A program made the position numbers and the translations under genes. Source: Heterodontus francisci (Eukaryota). Taken from it: a stretch of DNA of 64,000 bases. Numbering within the stretch: position 1 is the stretch's first letter; every line of letters begins with the position of its first letter. Of this stretch, positions 12,801 to 27,800 are shown piece by piece. The notes beneath the pieces were generated by a model. That model searched no databases and was not told where the DNA came from. It saw only the letters and a list, made by a program, of their open reading frames with translations. The stretch lies in contig NC_090405.1 of assembly GCF_036365525.1 (NCBI RefSeq), positions 52,058,308 to 52,122,307 on the forward strand, given 5' to 3'.

Positions 12801-15800
12801 GAAGACTAATTCCAAAAGGGGGCATAACTACAGTGAGGGAAAAGTGTATTCTGTACCTGTGAATTACTGAACGTCGCAAATCAAGTCATATCTCTCCTAG
12901 GTTTTGCTAAGTATCCATATTTCCTTGTGACTTTAAATGGTGTGCTAAAGGTGATTGTACCCTTTCAATATTCAAATCAGAAATAACTCCAGTATAAAAC
13001 TGGTATTAAACAGAAAATTTTAATTGAAGACATGGATTTAAAAAAATTTTTTTTTGAAGCTTAACAACCTACCTTCACAACAGAGTCCTTTGTTTTGTCA
13101 GCTTTCCCCACACTTCGTGAAAGTGCCAACTCTCTTTGGGACTGCCCAAGTGGCCATTCTTCCACTGTGCAGGTCTTCACAGTGGGTCCTGATCCTGTTT
13201 TCATTGGATGTTCATGCAGATGTGAACACATACCCACTCGCTTTCCAGATCGAGTTACTGGACAGCAGTCAGTAGCAGGCCGATTTCCCTGCCCCCTTCC
13301 CATCACCCTCCATCTTTCTTAATCCAATGGCACTGGCACTGACACTAATTGTAACAACCCTACTGTTGCCCTGGCTAAGCTTTACTAACTCAATGCAGAC
13401 CAGGAATTAAACAAGGGGCTTTTTGATCTAAATGGCTTTGCACAATTTTGAGTAGTGTCTTTTCTCACTATGCACTGAGTAAGCCCTCCAAAAACAAATG
13501 AGATTTACTGTTCCCATTAACTGATGGTACAAGGACTAGGGGACACAGATTGAAGGTTTTAGGCAAGAGATGCAAGAGGAATGTGAGGAAGAATTTTTTT
13601 TTTATGCAGCGGGTGGTAATAACCTGGAAAGAGGCGGTGGAAACAGGAAATTGGATGGGCACTTGAAGGAAATAGACTTGCAAGGCAACGGGGGATCGAG
13701 CAGGGGAGCGGGACTGACTATTATGCCGTGGAGAGCCGGCATGGACTTGATGGACCGAATGACCTCCTTCTGTGCCATAAATAACTATGACCATGTGTAA
13801 AGGGATGTTTCCCCATCATCACTACTGCAGGAAAGGCAAATGTGCTGCAGACGCAAAGACTCTTTTTTGGACATAAGCAGGCTGAACAACACACTCCTCC
13901 TGGCCTCTTCTACCTCCTCCACCTTCCCCAGCCCACCACTCTCCCCACCCCAGACCTCCCCCCCCACCCCCTAATACACGGCTGTTTCTCCCATGCTTTT
14001 GATAGGACCATCCCAATCACTGGGGAAGGGCGGATGGCAAAACACAAAGTTGCAAAGTACTACTTCTAAACAGTGTCCTGGATAATTTCTTCCCTCAATC
14101 CATAGCACCAAAAAAGGCTGTGTGTAGCGCTCTGTTCTCTAAATCAGAAGGTGTAGGTTCAAGTCCCACTCCAGAGACTTGAACACATAATTCAGGCTGA
14201 CAGTCCAATGGCAGGACTACTGAGTGCAGGTCCAACACCACCATCTCAATGTTGTCCACAGCCCAAGAACAAAAAAACTCCAAAGGGCTCAGACTTACAA
14301 TTACTGATATAACAGTGACATCTTTCTTCGCCTACCTGAAGATACTGAGTTTTCAACGAACGATAATCCTTGGAAATCAGGCCTGAGGGGAAATAATAAG
14401 AAATACAAACACACAAGATGGTGATCAGACAAAAATGGCAAATGCTGAAAATCTGAAATTAAAGACAAACTATGGCACTACTTCTGTAAAGAGAAAAGAT
14501 AGGCTAATACTTCAGGAAAAGATCGTTCATTAGAAAAATGATCCATCTCCTTAGAGCAGGGAAGGTTAAGGGGGAGATTTAATAAAGGTGCCCAAAATAA
14601 TGAAGGGTTTTATTGAATAGGGAGAAACAGTTTCTACTGTGGGACAGGAGAGCTGTCTGTAACCAGAGGACAGCGGTTTTAATAATTGGTAAAAGAACCA
14701 GAGGGCAGGTAAGGAAAAATTTATTCACACAGCGAGTTGTTGTGATCTGGAATGTGCTGCCTGAAAGGGCGGTGGAAGCAGATTTAACAGTAACTTTCAA
14801 AAAGAAATTGGATAAATATTTGAAGGGAAAGTTTTGCAGGGCTATGGGAAACGAATGGGGAGTGAGACTAATAGGATAGCTCTTTCAATGAGCCAGCCCA
14901 GGCAAAATGGGCCAACTGGCCTCTTTCTGCGATGCATTATTCTATGATTTCTTTTCAGATGCTGATACTTCTGTTCTGTGGTTATAGCATTTTCTGTTCG
15001 TATTTCTGCATTCAATGATTTCTCATTTGTATTTTAACGTTTTCCTCAATCTTCTTCCCCTCTGTAGGTGTGGTCTCCCTTACTGGGATAGACTTCCACA
15101 GGTGGTGGTTGTACCTCGGTTCCTCACTCATGCAGCCATTAGCCATGTGTGACCCACGACAGTAAATGTTGGTGAGCTGCGCAATGGTGAAGGACATCAC
15201 AGCCAAGCAAGATGTGGTCCACACCAGGTGTCCACACTCGTCCACTTTCTGCTGTGTGGTGACCAGCAGCGGGAGCCCTGCCACTCTTTCCCTTCTGTAA
15301 CCCAAAGGGCTGCAGGGAATTGCAGCAGTCCACTTGAGAGGGGACCATCAGGTGACTCCAAGTATCAAGTATCTAAGTTTTGCTAAGTTTAGTTATGCTG
15401 GGCTAATTTTCTTTGGAAATGAGGGGACTTCAAGGTGACATAACTAGAAGTTTTCAATATTATGGAGGGAATTAATGCAGGAAAATTATTCACAATGTCC
15501 AAGGGCCAGTAGATGTCATTGAACCAGACCACTTAGAAAATGAACTTCGAGAGAAAATTGAGGAAGAAAAAAAAAAAGAGGTTGGTGACCTTGTTTAATT
15601 TAGTTTAGTGTTGTTATGTACGGCTCCTACAAAAAATGTAGCATAAAACAGTCAAGTAAGGTGGTGTAAAAATGTTCCTGTTTACAGACAGTAGGCATAA
15701 ATGGGTCATTTTCTGATTGGCAAGATGTAACGAGTGGTGTGCCACAGGGATCTGTGCTGGGGCCTCAACTTTTCACAATTTATATAAATGATTTAGATGA

Positions 15801-18800
15801 AGGGACCGAAGGTATGGTTGCTAAATTTGCTGACAACACAAAGATAGGTATGAAAGTAACTTGTGAAGAGGACATAAGGGGGCTACAAAGGGATATAGAT
15901 AAGTTAAGTGAGTGGGCAAAGACCTGGCAAATGGAGTATAATGTGGGAAAGTGGGAAATTGTCCACTTTGGCAGGAAGAATAAAAAAGCATTTTATTTAA
16001 ATGGTGAGAGATTGCAAAGCTCTGAGATGCAGAGGGATCTGGGTGTCCTAGTGCATGAATCGCAAAAGGTTAGTCTGCAGGTACAGCAAGTAATTAGGAA
16101 AGCTAATAGAATGTTATCGTTTATCATGAGGGGAATTAAATACTAAAGTAGGGAGGTTATGCTTCAGCTATACAGGGGCATTGGTGAGACCACATCTGGA
16201 ATATTGTATACAGTACTGGTCTCATTTAAGGAGGGATGTAAATGCATTGGAGGCAGTGTAGAGAAGGTTTACTAGACTAACACCTGGAATGGGCGGACTG
16301 TTTTACGAGGAAAGATTGGACAGGCTAGGCTTGTATCCGCTGGAATTTAGGAGAGTAAGAGGCGACTTGATTGGAACATAAAAGACCCTGAGGGGTCTTG
16401 ACAGGGTGGATGTGGAAAGGATGTTTCTCCTTGTGGGAGAATCTAGAACTAGGGGTCACTGTTTAAAAATAAGGGGTTGCCCATTTAAGACAGAGATGAG
16501 GCAAAATTTTTTCTCTGAGGGTCGTGAGTCTTTGGAATTCTCTTCCTCAAAAGGCGGTGGAAGCAGAGTCTTTGAATATTTTTAAGGCAGAGGTAGATAG
16601 ATTCTTGATAAGCAAGGGGGTGGAAGGTTATCGGGGGTAGGCGGGAATGTGGAGGAATCAGTTCAGCCATGAACTTATAGAATGGCGGAGCAGGTTCGAA
16701 GGGCAGAGTGGCCCACTCCTGCTCCTAACTCGTATGCTAGTATGTTCGTATGACACAAGTTACACATTAGGTTGTTAGGAATAAAACAGGAAGTCATGTA
16801 GGACTCTTTCTTACACAGATGGTAAAAGAGCTGTGGGAATGATTACCAGGAGAGGACATGGAAGTGAATAATACAAATGGATTCAAGAAATGATTACACA
16901 TGGTTTTGTAAAGACAGGGTTGGAAAGTGGGATTGATCTCTCAAAAGGGAAGTGCTTGTTGCACCTAACAGCCTTTTCCTGTTGCTTAAAAAAATCAGAG
17001 CTAATAGTTTAATGATAACAGATCTTTAAGGTACAGACTGGCATGGCTGCGACTCAAGGAATCACTCAAAATTTAAAGGCTTTAGACTCACCGTTTTCTG
17101 TCAGTGAAAGGAGACACATCAGCCGGAGACTCTCGAGTGGAGAAATCTGAAAGATCAAAATGAGTCAGGAATAAAAGGGATTTGTGCGGGGAAGGTTGAC
17201 ATGCAGGTTTTGCAAAGTAAAATGCCAAGATCAGAAAATTGTCATTCAGCAGCAAAGATTTTTCTTCTCTTTAGCTCCCAACCAAAAACTCATTCACTAA
17301 AGTGCCCTCCAGTACCTTGACAAGGTGACAGTAAGTATTCAACTGAGTTTGGGAAAAATCACCACCAGGTTCAGGCTTCTCCCAATGTGTAGACAAAGGC
17401 ACTTTCAGTAGTGATTGCTGGTTAATCATCAGGAATGGGAACCTAGGCTCATTTTCCTTCTCTCGAGGTCAATTGTGGCAGTGCCTATCACCTGTCCCAG
17501 TAACTCAATAGAGTGGAAATCAAATCTGGGACGTTCCTGGCCTGTTTAGCTCATTTACACACTGTTTTTACTAACATACCATTAGGGAATCTGTGATCTT
17601 ATGTGAGAGTTTGTTAAAGTTTTAGCTCACTCTCCAAGAGTACACTCCATGGAAACAACAATTACAGATAGTCCATTAAATAAGGCTATTATGGCCACCT
17701 TACTGCAAGAAATGACCATCACCAGCATGTGTTTGAGAGATTCACATAGTCTTTGTAAATGAAATCACCTGCCCTGTACCCGTTGCTTACTCATTACTGG
17801 TGTCTTTTCTCACATCTTTGCACATTATATGCTCACAATTAATAGCACCCAAGCATAATTTCTCATATAAGTTTGCAGACAGGTACCTCAACCTCGATAC
17901 CTCCTGTATAGGGTAACTGAGCGATCGCAAGCCACATATACCAGTGCACGTACCTGCCTGTTAATGTGCTCCTCAATACAGCTGGTGCTCTCTCTGATCT
18001 CAAATCCCTCCAATAGTGCTGTAGAGGAAAAGTCAGTCAGTGAACTGAACACCAACCAAAAGCATACAAAGGAACTTCAGAAAATTGGTAAATGAACGAA
18101 AGGCAAGTTGACCTTTGGGACACTCCTTCAAGAAACACTTGCAGGAGGCACAGACATACACCAAAAAAGCCCTTACTGCCGTCTGGTTACCTCCCAAATG
18201 TTACCTTTCGAAAAGTGACACTCCTGGCATTGGAAGTTGTTCCTCCTGTGATATATCAATCAGTTTGACATTGGAATTTTAAAAACCTATCAACTTCTAA
18301 CATAAGGCAATTCCTGTAATTGTCCTAAATGGTGAAATTTGTTTCCTAATCCCAGTTTTGCCTTTTGCGTTAATATCATTACTCACTTCAGCAAGATGAC
18401 ATGTGGCCTCCTTCTCTATCAGATTTTCTATGATTTTGTATAGAAACTAAGATTCATCGCACCGTCTTATAGTCATAGAGTCGTACAGCATAGAAACAGG
18501 CCCTTCGGCCCACCGCGTCCATGCCGACCATAATCCCTGTCTATACTAATCCCACCTGCCTGCATTAATTCCATACCCCTCTATGTCTTGCTCATTCAAG
18601 TACCTGTCCAGATGCCTCTTAAATGTCGTTACTGTTCCTGCCTCCACCACCTCCTTAGGCAGCTCATTCCAGATACCCACTATTCTTTGTGTGAAAAATT
18701 TAGCCCTTTGATCCCCTTTAGACCTCCTCCCTCTCACCTTAAATCTATTCCCTCTAGTTTTAGTCACCCCTACCAGGGGAAACAGACTCTGGCTATCTAC

Positions 18801-21800
18801 CCTATCTATGCCTCTCATAATTTTATATACCTCTATCATGTCCCCTCTCAGCCTCCCTCGCTCCAGGGAAAACAGATCCAGCCTATCCAATCTCTCTTTA
18901 CAACTCAAGCCCTCCAAACCAGGCAACATCCTTGTGAATCTTTTCTGCACCCTCTCCAGCTTAATCACATCTTTCCTGTAGTGTGGCGACCAGAACTACA
19001 CACAGTACTCCAAATGCGGCCTAACCAACGTTATGTACAACTGCAACATGACATCCCAACTCTTGTACTCAATGCCTCGGCCGATGAAGGCAAGCATGCC
19101 ATACACCTTCTTCACCACCCTGTCTACCTGTGTTGCCACTTTCAGGGAACTATGTACTTGCACCCCAAGGTCTCTCTGCTCAACAACACTCCCCATGGCC
19201 CTGCCATTCATTGTATATGTCTTCTCAAACTTTGTCTTCCTCAGGCAACTCCAAGTTGCAGAATTCCTCACCTTCCACTTATAATCTTCAGTGTTTTAAA
19301 TGCTAGCTCGGGGTCCTCTAATCATTACCCCCTCATTCACCTCATTCTCTACTACTCTTTGTCACCCTGTTGGAACTTAACCCTTCACCTAGATGCCTTC
19401 ATTTACAACAACTGGTCTACAGTGAGTGAGCTCCCCGCCCGCCAGCTGGGACTCTGTGATTCATACCATGCTCAGACTTTAGCAGCTCCTGAAAGTCCTG
19501 TTTTGTTTTCTTTTTCATAATTGACTCACACGCTCCAATATCTAAGAGAAAAATAAATGGATAAAGTATTAATCGCTGACGTTCTACAGAATTTCCTTAT
19601 ATCTTGTCTAGAACAGCAGAACCAGAGAACATGGGCTGTGCTTCAATATGGATGGGCAGGGGCTAAACTCAAAACTAATCTGCAAAGACAATATTTCAGT
19701 GAGCGAGTGGTCAATCTATGAAACAGTCTCCCTAGGAAGACAGTGGACGTATTTCATATTGATTCACTGGAATGCCAATTCGATGGATTTCTTTCAGGGA
19801 ATAACCCTCTGGGATCCAGTCTGTGAGTAATTTGAGACCTGTCACCTGGTGAGTGTAACATGCTCAGGAAGGAACAGGTGATTTTGGAATTATGCTTCCC
19901 AAAGCTCTCCAGCACTGGGGTTTTCCTCTCCTCATGTCTGGGTGTGTTGTAGGTTAATTAATAGAGATTGATTGCTGTGATTAGACAGCTCCTTTATCAT
20001 TGTATCATGTGACTACCAGGACAGTAGAAGGTGAACTAGATGGATTTTTATATGCTGAAATATAAGTAGTTTTCCATCAAATGTGTTCAGTGTTTTGGGG
20101 ACTGAATATGAACAAAAAAAGGGTAAGTTATAAGCAGCTCAAAAATTTATGGCTTACTTGGCCCAGTGTAAATTATTTTAGTGGCTCTTCACTCCCACCC
20201 CACCCCAATTTACTTCCAACCTCACTTAAAAGCACTAATGCCAGCAGCTATTCACCCTCTTGGGCATCACAACTCAGCTGACCCTATCCTCACATGTGTA
20301 CTTTCCAGCAGCAGTCACTGGTCACTGACCTGGAGGAGGGAATCCTGGCTGATCCCTAAATTAGAATAGCTGATCATCCCACTCCAACTGGCATCAGCTA
20401 ATCCAGCAGAGATCTGGGATCAACCCTGGGATGCTCTAGGCTGTATCACTCAGCAGGAAGACAGCTATAGTTAAACATAGGAATTCCTAGATGAAAACAT
20501 GCCAAGGTCCATGTGTCCGCCATCCTGGTAGACACGATACAACGATAATGGAGTTATTGCCTAATCACAGCAATCAATCTCTATCAATTAGTCTACAACA
20601 GACCCAGAGGCGAGGAAACCACAGATTCAAAGTCGCCTGTTCCTTCCAAGCATGCTATACTTACCATGTCTTAAATTAATAAATTATTTTGATATTTTTA
20701 GATTATTTAGTTGAATCTTAATACCCAAGAAACAAGTGACACCAGGTGACATTACTATACTAATATAAAAGCAAAATACTGCGGATGCTGGAAATCTGAA
20801 ACAAAAACAAGAAATGCTGGAATCACTCAGCAGGTCTGGCAGCATCTGTGGAAAGAGAAGCAGAGTTGATTACTATACTATCTGATTATGGGCTCAACAC
20901 ACTTTAAGGAGCTGTAGTTAAAGAAAGGACTTGTATTTATAGTGTGTTTTATCACGTCTCTTAGACGCCCCCATGTTTCACATAATACTTTGAAATTTGA
21001 TGACAGTTTCCATGTGGGCAAATGGGTAGCCACTTTGTGCACAGCAAGATCACACAAATAGAAATGTCCAGGAGACTGCTGGAAATCCCTGATCTTTTTT
21101 GAACAGTGCCGTCATATCTTGATGAAAGGGCAGATAAGGCTTCAGCTTAACACTTCACCTCTGACAATACAGCACTTCCTCCGTACATTAATGGAGCGTC
21201 AGTCCAGATTTTGTGCTCCAGTTCCGAAGAAGATTGAACCCACAACCCTCTGACTCAGATGTTTGAGTGCCACCAATAATTAATCACCTGCGGCACAGTG
21301 TTCCTGTATGTAACTCCAGGCTAGCCTCTCAGGTACTTACGAAGACTCAGTAATCGATGCTCCTGCTTCAAGCTCTTTAACTCCTGAGATACAAAGTCCT
21401 TCATCTGTTTAATGTCCATCCCTTGTCGTTTCTGTAGGAAACAGTAAGAAGTCACTCAGATCCTGGCCTGTGGTACTTACACATGGAAAAAAATCTCCTT
21501 ATTCTTTTCCAACTTTCTCACCTCCTCTCCAAAAGATGCTGATTCTTGCTGGAGTAACTCACACCAATAACCATCCACCAGCAACCCTGTGCTCGCTCAC
21601 CTATATTTTCTCCCAGTCCATTTTAAAATTCTCATCCTTGTTTTTAAATCCCTCCATGTCCTCACTCACCCCCCCCCCCCCAACCCCCATTCTTGTTACC
21701 TCCAATTCTAGCCTCTTGCCCAATCCAAACTTATCACCCCATCACCAGTGGCCCTGCCTTCTGCTGCCTAGACCCTAATCTCTGGAATCCCCTCCCTAAA

Positions 21801-24800
21801 CCTCTCCACCACTTTACCTTTGTCTCTTAAGATGCTCCTTAAAACTCACCTCTGTGGCACCCCTGTTCTGATATCTCTAAGACTCAGTGCCAAATCATGT
21901 TTGATAACATTCCTGTGAAACACCTTTGGGGAGGGTTTTACCAAGTTTACCAAATATAAATGAAAGTTGTTGTTGTTGGGGTACAGTTCTGTGGTAACTG
22001 CCAATCCTCCAGTACCTCAACAAATTGATCCTTCTTCAAGTGTGGACCTGGACACCAAGGGTCAGCAAGTTTGGAACCAAGAGTGGTACCACAGGCCAGT
22101 TTTGTCCACACATGACATACCTTCCAGCAAGAGTCGCTGGACAGTGAGGCCTGGCTGACTTTTCACCCTGCCTAACACTCAGTGCTGAATGCTGCCCCAA
22201 CTGTGATCAGCACAGGCCAAGAATCTAGACTGCAGCCTGCACCACTCAGCATTTTACAGGATGGTGATGTACCAACTGAGCCATCGGGCAAACTTAGCAT
22301 CCAGATTAATGGATCTGATGGGTAAAAAAATTAGGCACAGCTCCCATATGAAAACATACTTGTGCCAACCCTCTGTGTGGTATCTTAATGAAGGTGTTAA
22401 CTCGTGTGTTCAGTTAAAATAATTTGGTAGAAACACCACCTACTGTAATTTCTACCCCGATGTGTGATGGTATTACTATGAATGACAGCTCTCCTCCATT
22501 AATACTCACGTCATACTGTTTCTGAAGCCTTCTTGCTTTCTGGCTCAAAAACCCAAACACATTGGAGAAGTGCTCATTCCGAATCTCTTTGAAAACCTGT
22601 AAAAGCAGCAACGTTTAAACAAAGGATGTACAACTTATGGCTGACAGTTAAAAATGCACGAGTGAGAAAAGGCCATTCAGCTCACTCAGTCATTGAGTCC
22701 CAATCTTATTCACCCAAAGGGTTACAGAGTTATTGAATAAGTTATCAAGGAGACAGTTGAAGCAGCAAGTATAAATGAGTTATAGTCATTTACGCCACAG
22801 GAGGAGGCCATTCAGCCCATCGAGTCCATGCCGGCTCTCCACGGAGCTATGCTGTCAGTCCCACTCCCCATCTCGATTCCCTTAGCCCTGCAAGTCTATT
22901 TCTCTCAGGTGGTCATCCAATTTCCTCGTGAAGTCACTGATCATCTCCGCTTCCACCGCCCTAATTGCAACGAGTTCCAGGTCATTACCACCTGCTGCGT
23001 AAAAAAGTTCTTCCTCATATTCCCCCTGCATCTTTTGCCCAAAACCTTCAATCTGTGACCTCTAGTCCTTGTACCATTTGTTAATTGGAACAGTTTTTCC
23101 TTGTCTAACTTATCTAAGCCTGTCATAATCTTGTACACTTCTAATAAATCTCCCTTGCTCTAAGGAGAACAAACCCAGCTTTTCCAACCTAACCTTGTAA
23201 CTAAAATCCCTGGAATCATTCTGGTAAATCTCCTCTGCACCCTCTCAAACACCCTCACATCATTTCTGAAGTGTGAGTACAAGAGACCATTATTATTCTG
23301 CAGAAAGATGGGATTGAGAGATAGGGAGGAAAAAATGATTGATAGGATTATCAAAAAGGAATGGTTTCTGGTACCCATAGCCAGTGCCTTCCTCAAACCC
23401 ACAATCCTTACAATCAGGAATCAACCAGTTCCTTTTTGAATACTTCAGCTCAGCTAGTGATTTACTACTCTAGGCATCAGTGTGTCTCACATGTCAATAT
23501 AAATCTTCAAAAGCAGCAGATAGGAAAACATTATCACACATGTCCCATTCTTTTATAGTGCAACTTCTGCATAAAATGACCCTGTTTGCACCTTCCCTCC
23601 CTCCCCCACCACTACCAAATTCAGCCCCCATGCAATCTCCAGGAAGAGATAAAAATATAAGAGTAAAAACACACCGTCAATTTAGGTCAACAAGACCCTG
23701 GGAAATTCCTCTCTGAACCCCATGGGTGATCAAATAAGTTCCAGAATACAAAAGTGACTGGGAGACACATCACCCAATATCTTGCCTACCCTTTATACAC
23801 AGTGACAACAGCCACAGTTAGGAATATGTCCAGCTCCCTTTTCAACATACACAGCAAATTCACATTTGCTGCACGAGTTGGCAACTTGTTCCAACAGTTA
23901 ATGACTCTTTGTCAAAAGAAATATCTCCTGACATCTAAACCAGATCTACACTTACGTAAATTATACTCATTTCCCCAATTCTCCTTAATCTTTCAAACTC
24001 AAATAACCTTAAAATTTGCAACCTTGCAAGGTGTACACATGCTGGCAGCAGAACTAAAGGTGAGTAAATTATACCATTGGGGTTTGCCTAAAACTCTCCA
24101 TCTACTTTCACAGCATCAATTCCCTCAACTGGTTTAAATACTGGGTCCTTTATGTGATGAAAGGCTATTTACCTGAAACATTAACTGTTTCTCTCTCCAC
24201 AGATGCTGCCAGACCTGATGAGTATTGCCAGCATTTTCTGTTTTTACTTCAGACTACCAGCATTTGCAGTATTTTGCTTTTGTCTTAGTCGTTTATTTTT
24301 GTTGCATCCATGTTAAAAGCCCATGTGTCTTTGTGGACTGCTTAGGTGCCTACCATGAAGCTCATAGGCCACAAACTGCTGATACAAACAGACCCTGGTG
24401 AAGTGATTTAGGATTTGTCCATCAGTGAGGCAACAGTGCTAACATCAACCATTGCCAAACCTCAGAGCCAACAACATTCAATTAGAACAAAACATCTGCA
24501 AGAAATAGGTACAAATAGGACAGTTGACCGGCTGTATTTTGCACCTTTCTGCTGCAAATGGTAAAGGAAGAATGAGAAGTTCCAGAGTTTTAAACAGTAA
24601 AACTACTAGTTTACTCAGCGATAAAGCAGCCCAGGCTTTGAACAAATGACAGTTTTATTACTGAGTCTGTAGAGGTTGTGTTAGTTTTCATGTAGAATTT
24701 GCTGACCATTGAACAGTTTTCTCTCACTCATATACTCACCTTGTCCTGAGAGTTCAGCAACACTTTCACACTTTTATCCGATGACGTTACCTCTGAGCCA

Positions 24801-27800
24801 AAGTCCACACTCCCTGAAATTTACCAGATTCCACAGTTACTATTCCCAGAGAAGCAGCCCTGTTCTGTGCATCAGTGGACTGTGAAAGTGAGGGACCTTG
24901 TCAAGGGTGATGTCTGAATAGTCTACCTTCCTATTCAGTCTGAGGGGCAACAGTCACACACTCCGAAACCAATTACCTTTAGTTGCACTCTCTATTTGTA
25001 CTCCCGCTCAGTGGACAACTCTGAATTGCGCTATGTTACGGTTCTCTGCTGCTCGACAGTGTTCTAGTACGCTGCCTAAGTGACCATCTTGTGTGCCATG
25101 ACAGTGAGCGTCAACAGCCTATTCAACCATAGTGGCTCAGTCGTTAGCACTCTCGCCTCTGAGTCAGAACCTCATGGGTTCAAGCCCCCACACAAGACAC
25201 TTGAGTGCACTATCTGGGCTGATATTCACACTGCAGTACTGGGGGAATGTTGCACTGTCAGAAGTGCTGTCTTTCCGATAAGGCATTAAACCAAGGCCAC
25301 TGCTCTCTCAGGTGGACGTAAAAGATCCCACAGCACTCACACGAATCTGAGGTGAAGGTCACTGTCTAACCCGCTGCACCGCCCACTCCCTCTCTGCCTG
25401 TGATAAATTATGGTCAATTCTGAACTGTAGTGATTCTGAATTTTACCATTCACTGTTAACTCACTGCCATCAATGAAATGTAACAAACAGGAAAGTGGAG
25501 ATTCACTCACCGCATTTAATTCTGAACACATCATCCACAAGTCCCTCGTACACAACTTGTGAGCACATAGGAGTTACGTAATCCACATCTACAAACAAAG
25601 CACACTGGGTTCAAATTCCAAACACAGCAAGGTTATAATGACAGATTTACCACCTTTTACAGGTTGAGCTGCCCCAGGAGTTGTATTCCACTCGTGGCTC
25701 AGCAGGTAAAAGCACTGCCTACAGTGGTAAAGAGTCATAGGAATGTTTAGAGTTTGTTGGTTTTAGCCTAGGCAGTAGTACATACACCACAACTGTCCTC
25801 AGTGGCCCGGAGGAGTAAAAATCAGCTGCACTCCCTGCTCCTGATTACTACCTAATGACTCATGCTGAGAAGTGCATATGTGTGAAGGTTATGCTCATAA
25901 GGTTAGGTTAAAAAAGGTTGGGAAGGAGGCTTGCATGGAGCAGAAACACGGACATAGACCAGTTGGGCCAAATGGGCTGTTTCTGTGCTGTAAGTTGTGT
26001 GTGCAGATGCTGGGCGAGTCCCGGATCTGCCTTGCCTCCGATGCCTTCGCACCACAGGCAGATAGTCTTTCTAGGCTTACACCAAAGCAACATCCCCGAA
26101 TAAGATACCAGAGGACAGCCTGTGGAACCTCATCGCAGCCAGGGTCAGTCGCTTCTATAGCAGTGGGGAGAGACATGGCACATGACAAACTGCCCTGGGA
26201 AATCTGACAACAGAAGCTGCAGCTTCATTACTCATTTTTGTGCATTACTGATCTTTGTTACATTACAGCACCTCTGTCAACAAAGAAAACTCGACCAATC
26301 TCAGCCTGACGTGATTTCAATTCATTCTCTGAATCCTCCACAATCTCCTTCCACAGTTCGTACGTCATCTAAACCACAGAGAGAGAAATAGAGAGAGGGA
26401 GCTTATAATTTGACTCCTGCAAGGGTGACTTAACATCTAAAATGATCAGAACGCAACATTGTCATTTTAACATGTTTGGTAGCAATTTTGTGTTCATCAA
26501 AATGGGTGACAATGCTAGGGATCCATTGTCAGTGTCAAGTATTTCCAGGACAGGAACAGCACGGGGTTAGATACAGAGTAAAGCTCCCTCTACACTGTCC
26601 CCATCAAACACTCCCAGGACAGGAACAGCACGGGGTTAGATACAGAGTAAAGCTCCCTCTACACTGTCTCATCAAACACTCGCAGGGCAGGTACTGCATG
26701 GGTTGGATACAGAGTAAAGCTCCCTCTACACTGTGTCTCATCAAACACTCCCAGGACAGGTACAGCACGGGGTTAGATACAGAGTAAAGCTCCCTCTATT
26801 TCACCATACCAAGCCTCAGCCTAAAGTTCAGAACAATATCCCCACCAGTGTGGCATTTGGTCCCATTTTCCACTGAAGCCGCCCTGAGGCCTCTGAGACT
26901 GGGTATTATGGACCCATGCACACTAGAATCTAGACAGAGAAAAATCCTTATGACCAACGCAGTGGAAAAGTTTCCTCCTAGAGTCTGGGCTGGATATGAA
27001 GCCAAGGTCTCAAAGGTGTTTAACACAGTCAATTTAACTCAGTGGTGGTCCTCTCACCTCGCAGTCAGAAGACTATGGATTCAAAGCCTCCGCTGGAATT
27101 AAGAACATTATCTAGATTCAGTCCTAGTTCAATTCTAATGCCCTACCCGACTGTACATGTGTGCTGGGATTGGGTGATATGGTGGGTTAAATAGTGACCT
27201 TTCACCTCTAGGACCTGGATTTGAAAGAAGCGCTGTCTGATGGCTGTAATAATCCAACACTGAACAAGTCTCAATGCAGTACACTAACACAAATGACCAG
27301 GATTCACAAGGTGGATGGGTTTGTGTAACTCTAGCCACCTACCTTTCTATATCCTTTGTTCATTAGTAAACTAATGGTTCTACAGAAGTAATCAGATGAA
27401 TAGTCTGGTTAATAATTCATTCTCATTTCATGTTCCATTACCTTTGCACATCTGCCAATCCCGTAAGTCTTTATGAAAGGTCCAAACAGGGAGTGTAATA
27501 CGTGCAAAGCCTTTGCCACTGTGGAGATCCACCGATGATCACCCTCCTGAGGGACAAACACAGTGAAACACAAGGTACTGAATTCCCATCACAATAACCA
27601 TGTTAAAATGTGTCCTTAGGATATGGCATTTAATGCCCATCCCTTGCTGCTCTGAGAATGTGGTGGGCCTATTTTGAGCCATTATATTTTATAAATAGCA
27701 TCTTGCTAGGCCACTTCAGAGAGCATGGGGGGCAGGGTGGGGGGGTACATGAGAATAAGGAGAAGGTTATGCTGATAAGGTGAGATGAAGTAGGGTGGGA

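Noticed and set aside
14430-14540. Further hammerhead at a decayed PLE terminus (also ~2770-2870 and 24150-24190)
   Set aside because: Core nucleotides and stems are mutated; unlikely to be functional.
18588-19520. 310-aa + strand ORF
   Set aside because: Antisense reading of a CR1 fragment running into VPS33B exon 14.
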